A stretch of 64,000 nucleotides of DNA, taken from Centroscyllium fabricii (taxonomy: Eukaryota). Under the pieces are notes generated by a model. It was given only the letters and a program-made list of their open reading frames with translations, was not told where the DNA came from and ran no database searches. The translations under genes and the position numbers were made by a program. The stretch lies in assembly GCA_051313645.2 (NCBI GenBank), contig JBNRSN020000028.1:14756001-14820000 (forward strand). Reading direction: 5' to 3'. Shown here piece by piece: positions 35,150 to 49,512 of the stretch. How positions within the stretch are numbered: position 1 is the first letter of the stretch; each line of letters starts with the position of its first letter.

Positions 35150-38100
35150 CAGCAGGTACAGTGTGACAATCACCCCCTGAAATCTTTCTTGATTTCGGTC
35201 ACTCGTTCGTCCTGATTGTTCTACTCTGTCCCTGCCCACTACTCCTGGGATCCTCAATCAGCGGAAACAGTTTCGCTCTACCTACCCTATCAGTTCCCCT
35301 TAAAATCTTGAAAGCTTCGAACATATCCCCCATAACCCTATACATTCCGTAACAAACAACCTAGTTTGTGTCATCTCTCCTCGTAAGTTAACCCTTGAAG
35401 TCCAGTAAATCTACTGTGCACTCCCTCCAAGGCCAATACATCCTTCCTAGGATGTGGTGCCTCGAGCTGCTCACAGTACTCCAGGTCTGGTCTAACCAGG
35501 GTTTGTATAGCGGTACCATAACTACAACCCCCTTGTACTCTAGTCCTCTGCATATAAAGGCCAACATTCCATTAGCCTTTCTGATTATTTTCTGTACCGG
35601 TCCATGACATTTTAATGATCCATGTACCTGGACCCCAAGTCTCTTTGAACCGCCACTGTTTCTAGTTTTTCGCCATTTAGAAAGTGCTCTGTTCTATAAT
35701 TTTTAGTTTCAAAGTGGATAACCTCACACTTGCCTACATTGAATTTCATTTGTCGCTGTTTTGCCCATTCAGTTAATCTATTAATATCTCCTTGTAATTG
35801 TATTCCTCCATCTACACTGCTTCCAATAGCGCCAATCTTTGTGTTGTCGGCAAAGTTGGATATGTGACTTTCTATCCCACCATCTACACCTTTAATAAAT
35901 ACAATGAATATATGAGACCCCAACACAGATCCTTGCGAGATATCAATTGGCGTATCTGTCCTGTCAATTAGAGAACATGCCCATTACCACTACTCTCAGT
36001 ATCCTGCCACTCAGCCCATTAGAGAACCTGCCCATTACCCCTACTCTCTGTCGCCTGCCCCTCAGCCCATTAGAGAACCTGCCCATTACCCCAACTCACT
36101 GTCTCCTGCCCCTCAGCCCATTAGAGAACCTGCCCATTACCACTAATCTCTCACTCATGCCCCTCCGCCCATTAGAGAACCTGCCCATTACCCCTACTCT
36201 CTCTCTCCTACCCCTCAGCCCATTAGAGAACCTGCTCATTACCCCTACTCCCTGTCTCCTGCCCCTCAGCCCATTAGCGAACCTGCCCATTACCCCTACT
36301 CTCTGTCTCCTGCCCCTCAGCCCATTAGAGAACCTGCCCATTACCCCTACTCTCTGTCTCCTGCCCCTCAGCCCGTTAGAGAACCTGCCCATTACCCCTA
36401 CTCTCGGTCTCCTGCCCATCAGCCCATTAGAGAACCTGCCCATTACCCCTACTCTCTCTCTCCTGCCCCTCAACCCATTAGAGAACCTGCCCATTACCCC
36501 TACTCCCTGTCTCCTGTCCCTGAGCATATTAGAGAACCTGCCCATTACCACTACTCCCTGTCTCCTGCCCCTCAGCCCATTAGAGAACCTGCCCATTACC
36601 CCCACTCTCTGTCTCCTGCCCCTCAGCCCATTAGAGAACCTGCCCATTACCCCTACTCTCTGTCTCCTGCCCCTCAGCCCATTAAAGAACCTGCCCATTA
36701 CCCCTACTCCCTGTCTCCTGCCCCTCAGCCCATTAGAGAACCTGCCCATTACACCTACTCTCTCTCTCCTGCCCCTCAGCCCATTAGAGAACCTGCCCAT
36801 TACCCCTACTCTCTCTCTCCTGTCCTTCAGCCCATTAGAGAACCTGCTCATTACCCCAACCACTGTCTCCTGCCGCTCAGCCCATTAGAGAACCTTCCCA
36901 TTACCCCTACTCTCAGTCTCCTGCCCCTCAGCCCATTAGAGAGCCTGCCCATTACCCCTATTCTCTGTCACCTGTCCCTGAGCCCATTAGAGAACCTGCC
37001 CATTGCCCCTGTCTCAGTCTCCTGTCGCTCAGCCCATTAGAGAACCTGCCCATTACCCTTACTCTCTGTATCCTGCCCCACAGCCCATTAGAGAACCTGC
37101 CCATTAACCCTACTCACTCTCTCCTGCCCCTCAGCCCATTAGAGAACCTGCCCATTACCCCTACTCCCGGTCTCCTGCCCCTGAGCCCATTAGAGAACCT
37201 GCCCATTACCCCTACTCTCAGTCTCCTGCCCCTCAGCCCATTGCAGAACCTGCCCATTACCCCTACTCTCTGTCACCTGCCGCTCAGCACAGTAGAGAAC
37301 CTGCCCATTACACCGACACCCTCTCTCCTGCTCCTCAGCCCATTTGAGAACCTGTCCATTACCCCTACTTACTGTCTCCTGCCCCTCAGCCCATTAGAGA
37401 ACCTGCTCATTACCCCTACTCTATGTCTCCAGCCCCTCAGTCCATTAGAGAACCTGCCCATTACCCCTACTCCCTGTCTCCTGTCCCTCAGCCCATTAGA
37501 GAACCTGCCCATTAACCCTACTCACTGTCTCCTGCCCCTCAGCCCATTAGAGAACCTGCCCATTACCCCTACTCCCTGTCTACTGCCCCCAGCCCATTAG
37601 AGAACCTGCCCATTACCCCTACTCTCTCTCTCTCCTGTCCCACAGCCAATTAGAGAACCTGCCCATTAACCCTACTCGCTGTCTCCTGCCCCACAGCCCG
37701 TTAGAGAACCTGCCCATTACCCCTACTCCCTGTCTACTGCCCCCAGCCCATTAGAGAACCTGCCCATTACCCCTACTCTCTCTCGCTCCTGTCCCACAGC
37801 CCATTAGAGAACCTGCCCATTATCCCTACTCTCTGTCTCCTGCCCCTCAGCCCGTTGGAGAACCTGCCCATTACCCATACTCTCTGTCTCCTGTCCCTGA
37901 GCCCATTAGAGAACCTGCCCATTACCCCTACTCTCTGTCTCCTGCCCCTCAGCCCATTAAGGAACATGCCCATTACCCCTACTCCCTGTCTCCTGCCCCT
38001 CAGCCCATTAGAGAACATGCCCATTACCCCTACTCTCTCTCTCCTGCCCCTCAGCCCATTAGAGAACCTGCCCATTACCCCTACTCTCTCTCTCCTGTCC

Positions 38101-41100
38101 TTCAGCCCATTTATGAACCTGCTCATTACCCCAACCACAGTCTCCTGCCACTCAGCCCATTAGAGAACCTTCCCATTACCCCTACTCTCAGTCTCCTGCC
38201 CCTCAGCCCATTAGAGAGCCTGCCCATTACCCCTATTCTCAGTCTCCTGTCCCTGAGCCCATTAGAGAACCTGCCGATTGCCCCTGTCTCAGTCTCCTGT
38301 CGCTCAGCCCATTAGAGAACCTGCCCATTACCCCTACTCTCTGTACCCTGCCCCACAGCCCATTAGAGAACCTGCCCATTACACCTACTCACTCTCTCCT
38401 GCCCCTCAGCCCATTAGAGAACCTGCCCATTACCCCTACTCCCTGTCTCCTGCCCCTGGGCCCATTAGAGAACCTGCCCATTACCACTACTCTCAGTCTC
38501 CTGCCCCTCAGCCCATTGGAGAACCTGCCCATTACCCCTACTCTCTGTCACCTGCCGCTCAGCCCATTAGAGAACCTGCCCATTACCCCTACTCTCTGTC
38601 ACCTGCCGCTCAGCACAGTAGAGAACCTGCCCATTACACCGACACCCTCTCTCCTGCTCCTGAGCCCATTTGAGAACCTGTCCATTACCCCTACTTACTG
38701 TCTCCTGCCCCTCAGCCCATTAGAGACCCTGCTCATTACCCCTACTCTATGTCTCCGGCCCCTCAGTCCATTAGAGAACCTGCCCATTACCTCTACTCCC
38801 TGTCTCCTGCCCCTCAGCCCATTAGAGAACCTGCCCATTACCCCTACACACTGTCTCCTGCCCCTCAGCCCATTAGAGAACCTGCCTATTACCCCTACAC
38901 CCTGTCTCCTGCCCCCAGCCCATTATAGAACCTGCCCATTACCCCTACTCTCTCTCTCTCCTGTCCCACAGCCCATTAGAGAACATGCCCGTTACCCCTA
39001 ATCTCTGTCTCCTGCCCCTCAGCCCATTAGAGAACCTGCCCATTACCCCTACTCGCTGTCTCCTGCCCCACAGCCCATTAGAGAACCTGCCCATTATCCC
39101 TACTCTCTGTCTCCTGCCCCTCATCCCGTTAGAGAACCTGCCCATTACCCCTACTCTCTGTCTCCTGTTGCTCAGCCCATTAGAGAACCTGCCCATTACC
39201 CCTACTCTCTCTCTCCTGCCCCTCAACCCATTAGAGAACCTGCCCATTACCCCTACTCTCTGTCTCCTGTCCCTGAGCCCATTAGAGAACCTGCCCATTA
39301 CCCCTACTCCCTGTCTCCTGCCCCTCAGCCCATTAGAGAACATGCACATTACCCCCACTCTCTGTCTCCTGCCCCTCAGCCCATTAGAGAACCTGCCCAG
39401 TACCCCTACTCTCTGTCTCATGCCCCTCAGCCCATTAAAGAACCTGCCCATTACCCCTACTCCATGTCTCCTGCCCCTCAGCCCATTAGAGAACCTGCCC
39501 ATTACCCCTACTCTCTCTCTCCTGCCCCTCAGCCCATTAGAGAACCTGCCCATTACCCCTACTCTCTCTCTCCTGTCCTTCAGCCCATTAGAGAACCTGC
39601 TCATTACCCCAACCACTGTCTCCTGCCACTCAGCCCATTAGAGAACCTTCCCATTACCCCTACTCTCAGTCTCCTGACCCTCAGCCCATTAGAGAGCCTG
39701 CCCATTACCACTATTCTCAGTCTCCTGTCCCTGAGCACATTAGAGAACCTGCCCATTGCCCCTGTCTCAGTCTCCTGTCGCTCAGCCCATTAGAGAACCT
39801 GCCCATTACCCCTACTCTCTGTATCCTGCCCCACAGCCCATTAGAGAACCTGCCCATTACCCCTACTCACACTCTCCTGCCCCTCAGCCCATTAGAGAAC
39901 CTGCCCATTACCCCTACTCCCTGTCTCCTGCCCCTGAGCCCATTAGAGAACCTGCCCATTACGCCTACTCTCAGTCTCCTGCCCCTCAGCCCATTGGAGA
40001 ACCTGCCCATTACCCCTACTCTCTGTCACCTGCCGCTCAGCCCATTAGAGAACATGCCCATTACACCTACTCTCTGTCACCTGCCGCTCTGCACAGTAGA
40101 GAACCTGCCCATTACACCGACACCCTCTCTCCTGCTCCTCAGCCCATTTGAGAACATGTCCATTACCCCTACTTACTGTCTCCTACCCCTCAGCCCATTA
40201 GAGAACCTGCTCATTACCCCTACTCTATGTCTCCGGCCCCTCAGTCCATTAGAGAACCTGCCCATTACCCCTACTCCCTGTCTCCTGCCCCTGGGCCCAT
40301 TAGAGAACCTGCCCATTACCACTACTCTCAGTCTCCTGCCCCTCAGCCCATTGGAGAACCTGCCCATTACCCCTACTCTCTGTCACCTGCCGCTCAGCCC
40401 ATTAGAGAACCTGCCCATTACCCCTACTCTCTGTCACCTGCCGCTCAGCACAGTAGAGAACCTGCCCATTACACCGACACCCTCTCTCCTGCTCCTGAGC
40501 CCATTTGAGAACCTGTCCATTACCCCTACTTACTGTCTCCTGCCCCTCAGCCCATTAGAGACCCTGCTCATTACCCCTACTCTATGTCTCCGGCCCCTCA
40601 GTCCATTAGAGAACCTGCCCATTACCTCTACTCCCTGTCTCCTGCCCCTCAGCCCATTAGAGAACCTGCCCATTACCCCTACACACTGTCTCCTGCCCCT
40701 CAGCCCATTAGAGAACCTGCCTATTACCCCTACACCCTGTCTCCTGCCCCCAGCCCATTATAGAACCTGCCCATTACCCCTACTCTCTCTCTCTCCTGTC
40801 CCACAGCCCATTAGAGAACATGCCCGTTACCCCTAATCTCTGTCTCCTGCCCCTCAGCCCATTAGAGAACCTGCCCATTACCCCTACTCGCTGTCTCCTG
40901 CCCCACAGCCCATTAGAGAACCTGCCCATTATCCCTACTCTCTGTCTCCTGCCCCTCATCCCGTTAGAGAACCTGCCCATTACCCCTACTCTCTGTCTCC
41001 TGTTGCTCAGCCCATTAGAGAACCTGCCCATTACCCCTACTCTCTCTCTCCTGCCCCTCAACCCATTAGAGAACCTGCCCATTACCCCTACTCTCTGTCT

Positions 41101-44100
41101 CCTGTCCCTGAGCCCATTAGAGAACCTGCCCATTACCCCTACTCCCTGTCTCCTGCCCCTCAGCCCATTAGAGAACATGCACATTACCCCCACTCTCTGT
41201 CTCCTGCCCCTCAGCCCATTAGAGAACCTGCCCAGTACCCCTACTCTCTGTCTCATGCCCCTCAGCCCATTAAAGAACCTGCCCATTACCCCTACTCCAT
41301 GTCTCCTGCCCCTCAGCCCATTAGAGAACCTGCCCATTACCCCTACTCTCTCTCTCCTGCCCCTCAGCCCATTAGAGAACCTGCCCATTACCCCTACTCT
41401 CTCTCTCCTGTCCTTCAGCCCATTAGAGAACCTGCTCATTACCCCAACCACTGTCTCCTGCCACTCAGCCCATTAGAGAACCTTCCCATTACCCCTACTC
41501 TCAGTCTCCTGACCCTCAGCCCATTAGAGAGCCTGCCCATTACCACTATTCTCAGTCTCCTGTCCCTGAGCACATTAGAGAACCTGCCCATTGCCCCTGT
41601 CTCAGTCTCCTGTCGCTCAGCCCATTAGAGAACCTGCCCATTACCCCTACTCTCTGTATCCTGCCCCACAGCCCATTAGAGAACCTGCCCATTACCCCTA
41701 CTCACACTCTCCTGCCCCTCAGCCCATTAGAGAACCTGCCCATTACCCCTACTCCCTGTCTCCTGCCCCTGAGCCCATTAGAGAACCTGCCCATTACGCC
41801 TACTCTCAGTCTCCTGCCCCTCAGCCCATTGGAGAACCTGCCCATTACCCCTACTCTCTGTCACCTGCCGCTCAGCCCATTAGAGAACATGCCCATTACA
41901 CCTACTCTCTGTCACCTGCCGCTCTGCACAGTAGAGAACCTGCCCATTACACCGACACCCTCTCTCCTGCTCCTCAGCCCATTTGAGAACATGTCCATTA
42001 CCCCTACTTACTGTCTCCTGCCCCTCAGCCCATTAGAGAACCTGCTCATTACCCCTACTCTATGTCTCCGGCCCCTCAGTCCATTAGAGAACCTGCCCAT
42101 TACCCCTACTCCCTGTCTCCTGCCCCTCAGCCCATTAGAGAACCTGCCCATTACCCCTACTCACTGTCTCCTGCCCCTCAGCCCATTAGAGAACCTGCCC
42201 ATTACCCCTACTCCCTGTCTCCTGCCCCACAGCCCATTAGAGAACCTGCCCATTACCCCTGCTCTCTCTCTCTCTCCTGTCCCACAGCCCATTAGAGAAC
42301 CTGCCCGTTACCCCTACTTTCTGTCTCCTGCCCCTCAGCCCATTAGAGAACCTGCCCATTACCCCTACTCGCTGTCTCCTGCCCCACAGCCCATTAGAGA
42401 AACTGCCCATTATCCCAACTCTATGTCTCCTGCCCCTCAGCCCATTATAGAACCTGCCCATTACCCCTACTCTCTCTCTCCTGCCCCTCAGCCCATTAGA
42501 GAACCTGCCGTTTACCCCTACTCCCTGTCTACTGCCCCTCAGCCCATTAGAGAACCTGCTCATTACCCCTACTCTCTGTCACCTGCCGCTCAGCCCGTTA
42601 GAGAACCTGCCCATTACCCCTACTCACTGTCTACTGCCCCTCAGCCCATTAGAGCACCTGCCCATTACCGCTACTCTCTGTCTCCTGCCCCTCAGCCCAT
42701 TAGAGAATCTGCTCATTACCCCTACTCTCTCTCTCCTGCCCCTCAGCCCATTAGAGAACCTGCTCATTACCCCAACTCTTTCTCTCCTGTCCCTCAGCCC
42801 ATTAGAGAACCTGCCCATTACCCCTACTCTCAGTCTCCTGCCCCTCAGCCCATTAGAGAACCTGCCCATTACCCCTACTCTCTCTCTCCTGTCCCTCAGC
42901 CCATTATAGAACCTGCCCATTACCACTACTCTCTCGCTCCTGCCACTCAGCCCATTAGTGAACCTGCCCATTACCCCTACTCACTGTCTCCTGCCCCTCA
43001 GCCCATTAGAGAACCTGCCCATTACCCCTACTCACTGTCTCCTGCCCCTCAGCCCATTAGAGAACCTGCCCATTACCCTTACTCTATGTCTCCGGCCCCT
43101 CAGCCCATTAGAGAACCTGCCCATTAACCCTACTCACTGTCTCCTGCCCCTCAGCCAATTAGAGAACCTGCCCATTACCCCTACTCACTGTCTCCTGCCC
43201 CTCAGCCCATTAGAGAACCTGCCCATTACCCCTACTCTCTGTCTCCTGCCCCTCAGCCCATTAGAGAACCTGCCCATTACCCCTACTCTCTGTCACCTGC
43301 CGCTCAGCCCATTAGAGAACCTGCCCATTACCCCTACTCCCTGTCTCCTGGCCCTCAGCCCATTAGGGAACCTACCCATTACCCCTACTCTCTCTCTCCT
43401 GCCCCTCAGCCCATTAGAGAACCTGCCCATTACCCCTACTTTCTCTCTCCTGCCGCTCAGCCCATTAGAGAACCTGCCCATTACCCCTACTCCCTGTCTC
43501 CTGCCCCTCAGCCCATTAGAGAACCTGCCCATTACCCCTACTCTATGTCTCCCGTCCCTGAGCCCATTAGAGAACCTGCCCGTTACCCCTACTCACTGTC
43601 TCTTGCCCCTCAGCCCATTAGAGAACCTGCCCATTACCCCCACTCTCTGTCTCCTGCCCCTCAGCCCATTTCCTCACCAATCAATGATTTCCTTCACTTG
43701 AACGAGCTTCAACTTTAGCTGACATTCTCTTGTAAGAGTCGTTATCAAATGCCTGCCGGAAGTCCGTAAAATAACATCCATAGACAACTCCGTTTCCAGT
43801 ACTTCGTCACCTCTTCAAAATATTCAATCAAATTCGTCAGGCTCTCTCTGACCAACTGAAAACGTTCAAGGTGTTCAGTCACCTACCCTTAATTATAGAC
43901 TCTAGCAATTTCCCCAAAACAGAAGTTTGGTTAACTGGTCTATAATTACGTGGTTTTCCTCTCTCGCCTTTCTGAAATAGCAGTGACATGCGTAATTTTC
44001 CAATCTAGAAAACTGTTCCCGAATCGAGAGAACTTTGGAAGGTTATAGTTAGGACACCTGCAATGTTCTCACTTGCATCCTCTGAAACCCTGGCTTGGAA

Positions 44101-45250
44101 ACCATCCGGTCCTGGGGATTTGTCACTCCTCAGTGCCATTGTTTGCTTCATTATTGTTATTTTTCTTATGTTAATTTTGGTAATTCCCCATCCCTGTGTC
44201 AATATTAGTTTCCTTGGAATGCCTGGATGCGATTCTCTTCCTCCACTGTAAATACTGACGCCAACTAATTATTCGACAAGTCCGCCTTTCCGTATTTTCA
44301 TTGAGAACGTCGGTTTTCAGGGGACCCGCATTGCTCATAACCAACTTCATTTTCCTAATATAATAGTTAAAAAAGTGTTTATTTTTCTCGCCCTTGCAAG
44401 TTACTTTTCATACTCTAATTCTGAAGCTCTTACTATGTTTTTTACTTGTGTTGTTCTTTTTACATCTCCCAGGATCAGGGTTAGTTTTTGTATATTTGTA
44501 AGCTTTATCTTCTAGTTTTATGTTGTCCCTTACCTCTTTAGTTGTGATTGGCTGTTTATTGGCAATTAGTGGCCTTGCCCATTAGGGGTATAATCTGATT
44601 CAGTATCACACTAAATTCCTTTTTGAACATCTCCCACTGATATTCTGTCGTTTCGCCCATGTTTTGTCCAGTTTACTGTGGACTCCCCCTGCCCCATTCC
44701 ATTGAAGTCAGCCTTACCTAATTATATCATCTTAGCAGCTGCTTCGCGTTTTTGCATTGAAACATTAGGATGAACTCGATCATATTATGATTGCTATGTG
44801 ATAAATGTTACGCATAGTTGTGCTGCTAACTAAATCTGGCTCATTACCCATTGCGAAATATAATATGACCTGCCCCCTTTTTGATTCTAGGACATATTAT
44901 TGCAGGAAACTATCCTGAACCAACAAAATCAATTCGCTTCTTACTGACATGAGTTACTCTTCTTATCCCAATCTGCATGATAGTTAAATTCCCCCATTAA
45001 AATCATTCTGCCTTTTCCACACGCTTGTCTAATCTCTGCATTTATACATTCTACCACTTCACAACTGCTACCAGAGGGCCTATAGATAACTCCAACTGCA
45101 GTATTAAACCTTTTCCTATTTTAATTCTACCCACAAAGTCTCCATTGCCTGCTCCCCTCTCGGTATATCCCCTCTTACCATTCAAGTGAATTCATCCCAA
45201 CTCACTAAGGCTGCTCCTCCCCTTCCACCATTTTCCCTAACCTCTACCTT
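35150..45250 (-). mobile_element. Old CR1-type LINE split by a minisatellite derived from itself
   Basis: Left part FADNTKIG, FNVGKCEVIHF, LVRPDLEYC, QGSVLG; right part KSPGPDG, LTNLIEYFEEVT and a DF..AFD remnant; the two halves are collinear. Confidence 0.85.
35958..43670. repeat. 51-bp minisatellite (~150 units) with 1478- and 1835-bp higher-order repeats
   Basis: Unit cccattagagaacctgcccattacccctactctctgtctcctgcccctcag; identical ORFs at 38945/40780 and 39756/41591. Confidence 0.97.
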
Positions 45251-45521
45251 GACTCCTTTAATATACTGAGTGACATTCTGAGTGATGCCGTCAGAGGACG
45301 TAGGAGGAAGTAGAGAATCTACATCTGAAGAGTCGTCACTCCTGTTGAAATGCTGTTACCCAATTAATGCATTCGGTAGCTTTACCAGAACCAGAATTGG
45401 AAGAGTCACTCCCCCACCCTCTGTTATACCTTCCAGTCGAACAGTTTCTTACTTTACTCCGTACAACAGATTGCAACAGGAAATAGAACTGTTCCTCCAA
45501 GAGGTTGTTGGTGCAGATACC

Positions 45522-45964
45522 ATGTCGTACCGTCACCTCGTTATATTGTGGCTGGTTGTCGGTAGGTATAGCGATGCCTTATGTCTGTTTGCACTAATAT
45601 GATGTTAATACACTTTCTATCTCTGTATTGTATTCAATCCTCAGTTAACTTTTATTTCAGGGGAGATTCGGGCAGATTCAGTGTCACAACCTCAGACCAC
45701 GCTCTCGGTCACTGAAGGAGCGGTTGTGAAAATACACTGTAGCTACACAACAGGGTACAGTGACCCCGATCTCTACTGGTTCCAGCAGTACACGAACCAG
45801 GCTCCGCGATTTATTTTATACCGGGATAACAGCAGGAAATATGATGCCGATTTTGCCACGGGACGGTTCGAGGCCGACCAGGCCAACGCAGAAAAGCAGT
45901 TTCCTTTAACCATCACTGGAGCGGAAATCCAGGACACCGCAGTATATTTCTGCGGGTTGAGTAT
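45522..45964 (+). CDS. TRAV: Apparently functional TCR alpha/delta-locus V segment (leader 45522-45561, V exon 45661-45964)
   Basis: MSYRHLVILWLVV/GEIRADSVSQPQTTLSVTEGAVVKIHCSY..LYWFQQYTNQAPRFILYR..QDTAVYFCGLS; canonical splice sites. Confidence 0.92.
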
Positions 45965-46003
45965 CACAGTGTTTTAAATCTCATCTGTCTCTGTACAAAA
46001 ACC
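45965..46003 (+). other. Consensus 23-RSS
   Basis: CACAGTG + 23 bp + ACAAAAACC. Confidence 0.97.
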
Positions 46004-46067
46004 TCAGCAAACTAACAGTGTCGCAGACGGTGCCTGCAGTTCAAGGGACCAAACCCTTGTTAAAAAG

Positions 46068-46425
46068 TGTCAGCCGCGGCTCAGTCGGTCTCCCTGTCGC
46101 ATCTGAGTCAGAAGGCTCTGGTCCAAGTCCCATCCTAGAGACTCTAGGCTGAAAATCCCAGCGCAGTACTTCCGGATGAGGCCTTAGACTGAGGACCCAT
46201 CCGCCCTCTCAGGTGTATGTTCAAGATTCTACGGTAGTATTTTGAAAAATAGCTGTGGGCAGTACCCCGGTATCCCGAGGCCAATATTTATCCCTGAACT
46301 GACATTACTGAAAACAAATTATCACGTTGTTATTTGTGGAAGCTTGCTGTGCGCATATTGGCGACATTACAACAGTTGTCCACATTACAACAGCGACTAC
46401 ACTTAAAAATGACTTCAGTGGCATT
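46068..46425 (+). mobile_element. Deu-domain SINE (SacSINE1/AmnSINE-like), degraded
   Basis: tRNA-like head (ggctcagtcgg..ctgagtcagaagg) and ggccaatatttatccct..gcttgctgtgcgca core; homologous to 60290-60590. Confidence 0.7.
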
Positions 46426-47214
46426 TTAGGAACGTTGCGACAGGATTAATGGACCTTTCCTATCTATCATTGTTCGTATATACAGCACATGATTATCGTA
46501 ACTACTGGGGCGGTCTCACTTCCAGACTCGCACAGAGTTATTTATTGGAGTGGGCATGGGGGATTCTGCATCTTTCCCGGGAGAGGTTTGAAGACTCTTT
46601 GCAAAAATCCCAGCACACGACTTGAGCCCAGACCTTTAAAGGGTCTCTACTGCTGAGCATACAACATAGCGCTGAACCCAAGGCAGCTCGCCTTCTCAGG
46701 TAACTCCCTTTAGCTTCATTACGCTGCTCAATCCCTCACCTCCATCTCCTCTTTACTCACATCCTGCAAAACAAGGCTTCCGATGACCTAGAGTTTTGGG
46801 CGCGAAAAAACGGAAACCGTAGGATGTAATTTGCATCGATAATAAAATCCACGATGAAATGTGTGAGGCCAACAGAGTTACTCTTGCGGTTGTTAACCCT
46901 GAGCAGCGGTTTCTATCTATTGCAAGGGCAATATGGCAGCAAAAACCTCGGTGGTATAAGTTATTATAACTTTTCTGTAACCCTTTTTGTGCTCGGTGTG
47001 TGTGAGAATGGGAGAAGGGGCGTTTTAAAGCGGCGATAAGAGTAGAAAAAGATAGAGTGGATTGCAATCCTGGAAATATTACATTAAATCAGCAAGTGAG
47101 TGAAATATAACACAAGACAGTCAACCTCTGAATGTGAAGGACATGCCAACGCTTTCCTGAGAGATCGTGGCTGCCAAGAGTTAAGAAAAAACTTTGGATC
47201 TATTTTTATTTATT

Positions 47215-49510
47215 CTGGGGATATGGGCGCCGCTGGCATGGCGGCATCTATTGCCCATTCCTAATGGCCCTTGAGAAACTGCTGGTGAGCCGACTTCTGA
47301 ACTGCTGTAGTCCGTATGTTGAAAGTATTCCTACAGTGCTGTGAGAGAGGGAGGTCCAGGACTTTGACCTAACGATGAAAAATTAGCAGAGTTATACTTT
47401 CAGGTCAGGATGGAGTGGGACTTGGAGGCGGTAGTGTTCCCATGGTCCTGCTGCCCTTCACCTTCGAGGTGGCAGAGGTTGTGGGTTTGGGAGGTGCTGC
47501 CGAAGAAGCCTTGGCGAGTTGCTGCAGTGCATCCTGTAGATGGTACACACTGCTGCCACAGTGCGCCGGTGGTGGAGGGAGTGAAGGTTTAAGGTGGTGG
47601 ATCAGGTACCGTTTTGTGATGAATGGTCTCGAGATTGTTGAGTGTTGTTGGAGCTGCACTCATCCAGGCAGGTGGAGTATATTCCATCACACTCCTGACT
47701 TGTGCCTTGTAGATGGTCGAAAGTCTTTGGGGAGTCAGGAGCTGAGTCACCTGCCACAGATTACCCAGCCTCTGATCTGCTCTTGTAGCCACTGTATTTT
47801 TGTGGCTGCTCCAGTTATGTCTCTGGTCAACGCTGACCCCCAGGATCCTGATGGTGGGCGATGCGACGATGGTAATGCCAGTTAATGTGAAGTGAAGGTA
47901 GTTCGACTCACTCTTGTTGGAGATGGTCATTGCCTGGCACTGTGTGTCGCGAAAGTTACTTTCCACTTCTCAGCCCAAGCCTGAATGTTGTCCAGGTCTT
48001 GCTTCCTGCGGGCACAGACTGCTGAGGAGTTGAGATGGCACTGAAAACTGTGCAATCATCAGCGAACATCCCCACTTCAGACCTCATGTTGGAGGGAAGG
48101 TGATTGATGAAGCAGCTGAGGATGGTTGGGCCGAGGACACTGCCCTGAGGAACTCCTGCAGCGACGTCCTGGCGCTGAGGTGTCTGGCCTCCAACAACCA
48201 GAACCATCTTTCTGTGTGTTAGGTACAACTCCAACCAGTGGAGCGTTTTCCCCCTGATTCCCATTGACTGCAATTTTACTCGGGTTCCCTGATGCCACAC
48301 TCGGTGAATTGGTGCCTTCATCTCAATGACAGCCACTCTCACCTCTCCTATGGAATTCAACTCGTTTGTCCATGTTTGAACCAAGGCTGTAATGAGGACT
48401 GTAGCCGAGTAGTCCTGGTGGAACCCAAACTGATCGTCGGTGTGCAGGTTACTGGTGGGTAAGTGCTGCTTGAAATAATGTAGACGACACCTTCCATCAC
48501 TTTGCTGATGATTGAAAGTCGACTGATGGGATTATAATTTGCCGACATGCATTCGTCGTACATTTTCTGGAGAGGACATACCTGGGAATTTCAATTTTTT
48601 CTGGTAGATGCCAGTGTTTTAGTTATACTGGAACAAAGTGTCTAGAAGCTTAGCTAGTTCTGAAGCACAGGTCTTCAGCACGACAGTCGGGATGTTGTCG
48701 GGATCGTAAGCTTTTCTGTATCCAGTATGCTCAGTCATCTCTAGATACCACGTGGAGTGAATCAATTTGCTGCAGAATGACTTCTGTGATGGTGGGAACC
48801 ACAGGAGGAAGCCGATATGGATCATCCACTCAGCACTTCAGTCTGATGATGGTTGCAATCGCTTCAGCCTTGTCTTTTGCACTCATCTGCTGAACTCGGC
48901 CGTCATTGAGGATAGGAATGTTCATGGCGCCACCTCCTCCCGTTATTTGTTCAAATGTCCACCACAGTTCACGACTGAAAGTGGCAGGACTGCAGAGCTT
49001 TGAACTGATGCGTTGGTTATGGGATCGGTTAGCTCTGTCTATTTCATGCTCCTTCCGCTTTTAGCATGCATGTAGTTCTGTGTTGTATCTTCCCCAGGTT
49101 GGCTGCTCCTGAAATGCGCTTCTACTCCCCTCATTGAACCAGGGTTGGTCCCCTGGCTTGATGGCAATGATAAGTGAGGAATATGCCGGGCTATGAGGTT
49201 GCAGATTGTGGTGGAATATAATTTTGCTGCTGCTGCTGGCCCACAGCGCCTCATTGATGCCCAGTTCTGAGTTGCTAGATCTGTTCTGAATCTATCCCAT
49301 TCCGAACAGTGGTATTGCCAAACAACACGATGGAGCGTGTCCTCGGTGTGAAGATGGGGTTTCGTAGCCGCAAGGTCTGTGCGGTGGTCCCTGCTATCAA
49401 TATTGTCATGGACAGATGCATCTGCGACGTGTAGGTTTGTGAGAATGAGGCCAGGTTTTTCCCTCGTGTTGCTTCTCTCACCATGTGGCACAGGGCCATT
49501 GGAGCAGCTA
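47215..49510 (-). mobile_element. Second LINE family (CR1/L2 group), degraded ORF2
   Basis: YNPISRLSIISKVME, GVPQGSVLGP, MFADD, YKAQVRSVMEY. Confidence 0.85.
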
Positions 49511-49512
49511 TG

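Noticed and set aside
35947-43701. Long repetitive ORFs up to 432 aa, resembling LRR or extensin proteins
   Set aside because: The 51-bp unit is a multiple of three and stop-free in some frames; frames shift at random and the unit derives from CR1
46750-46950. Octamer ATTTGCAT (46829) and nonamer-like GCAAAAACC (46939)
   Set aside because: No heptamer at 12 or 23 spacing, and no V or J frame
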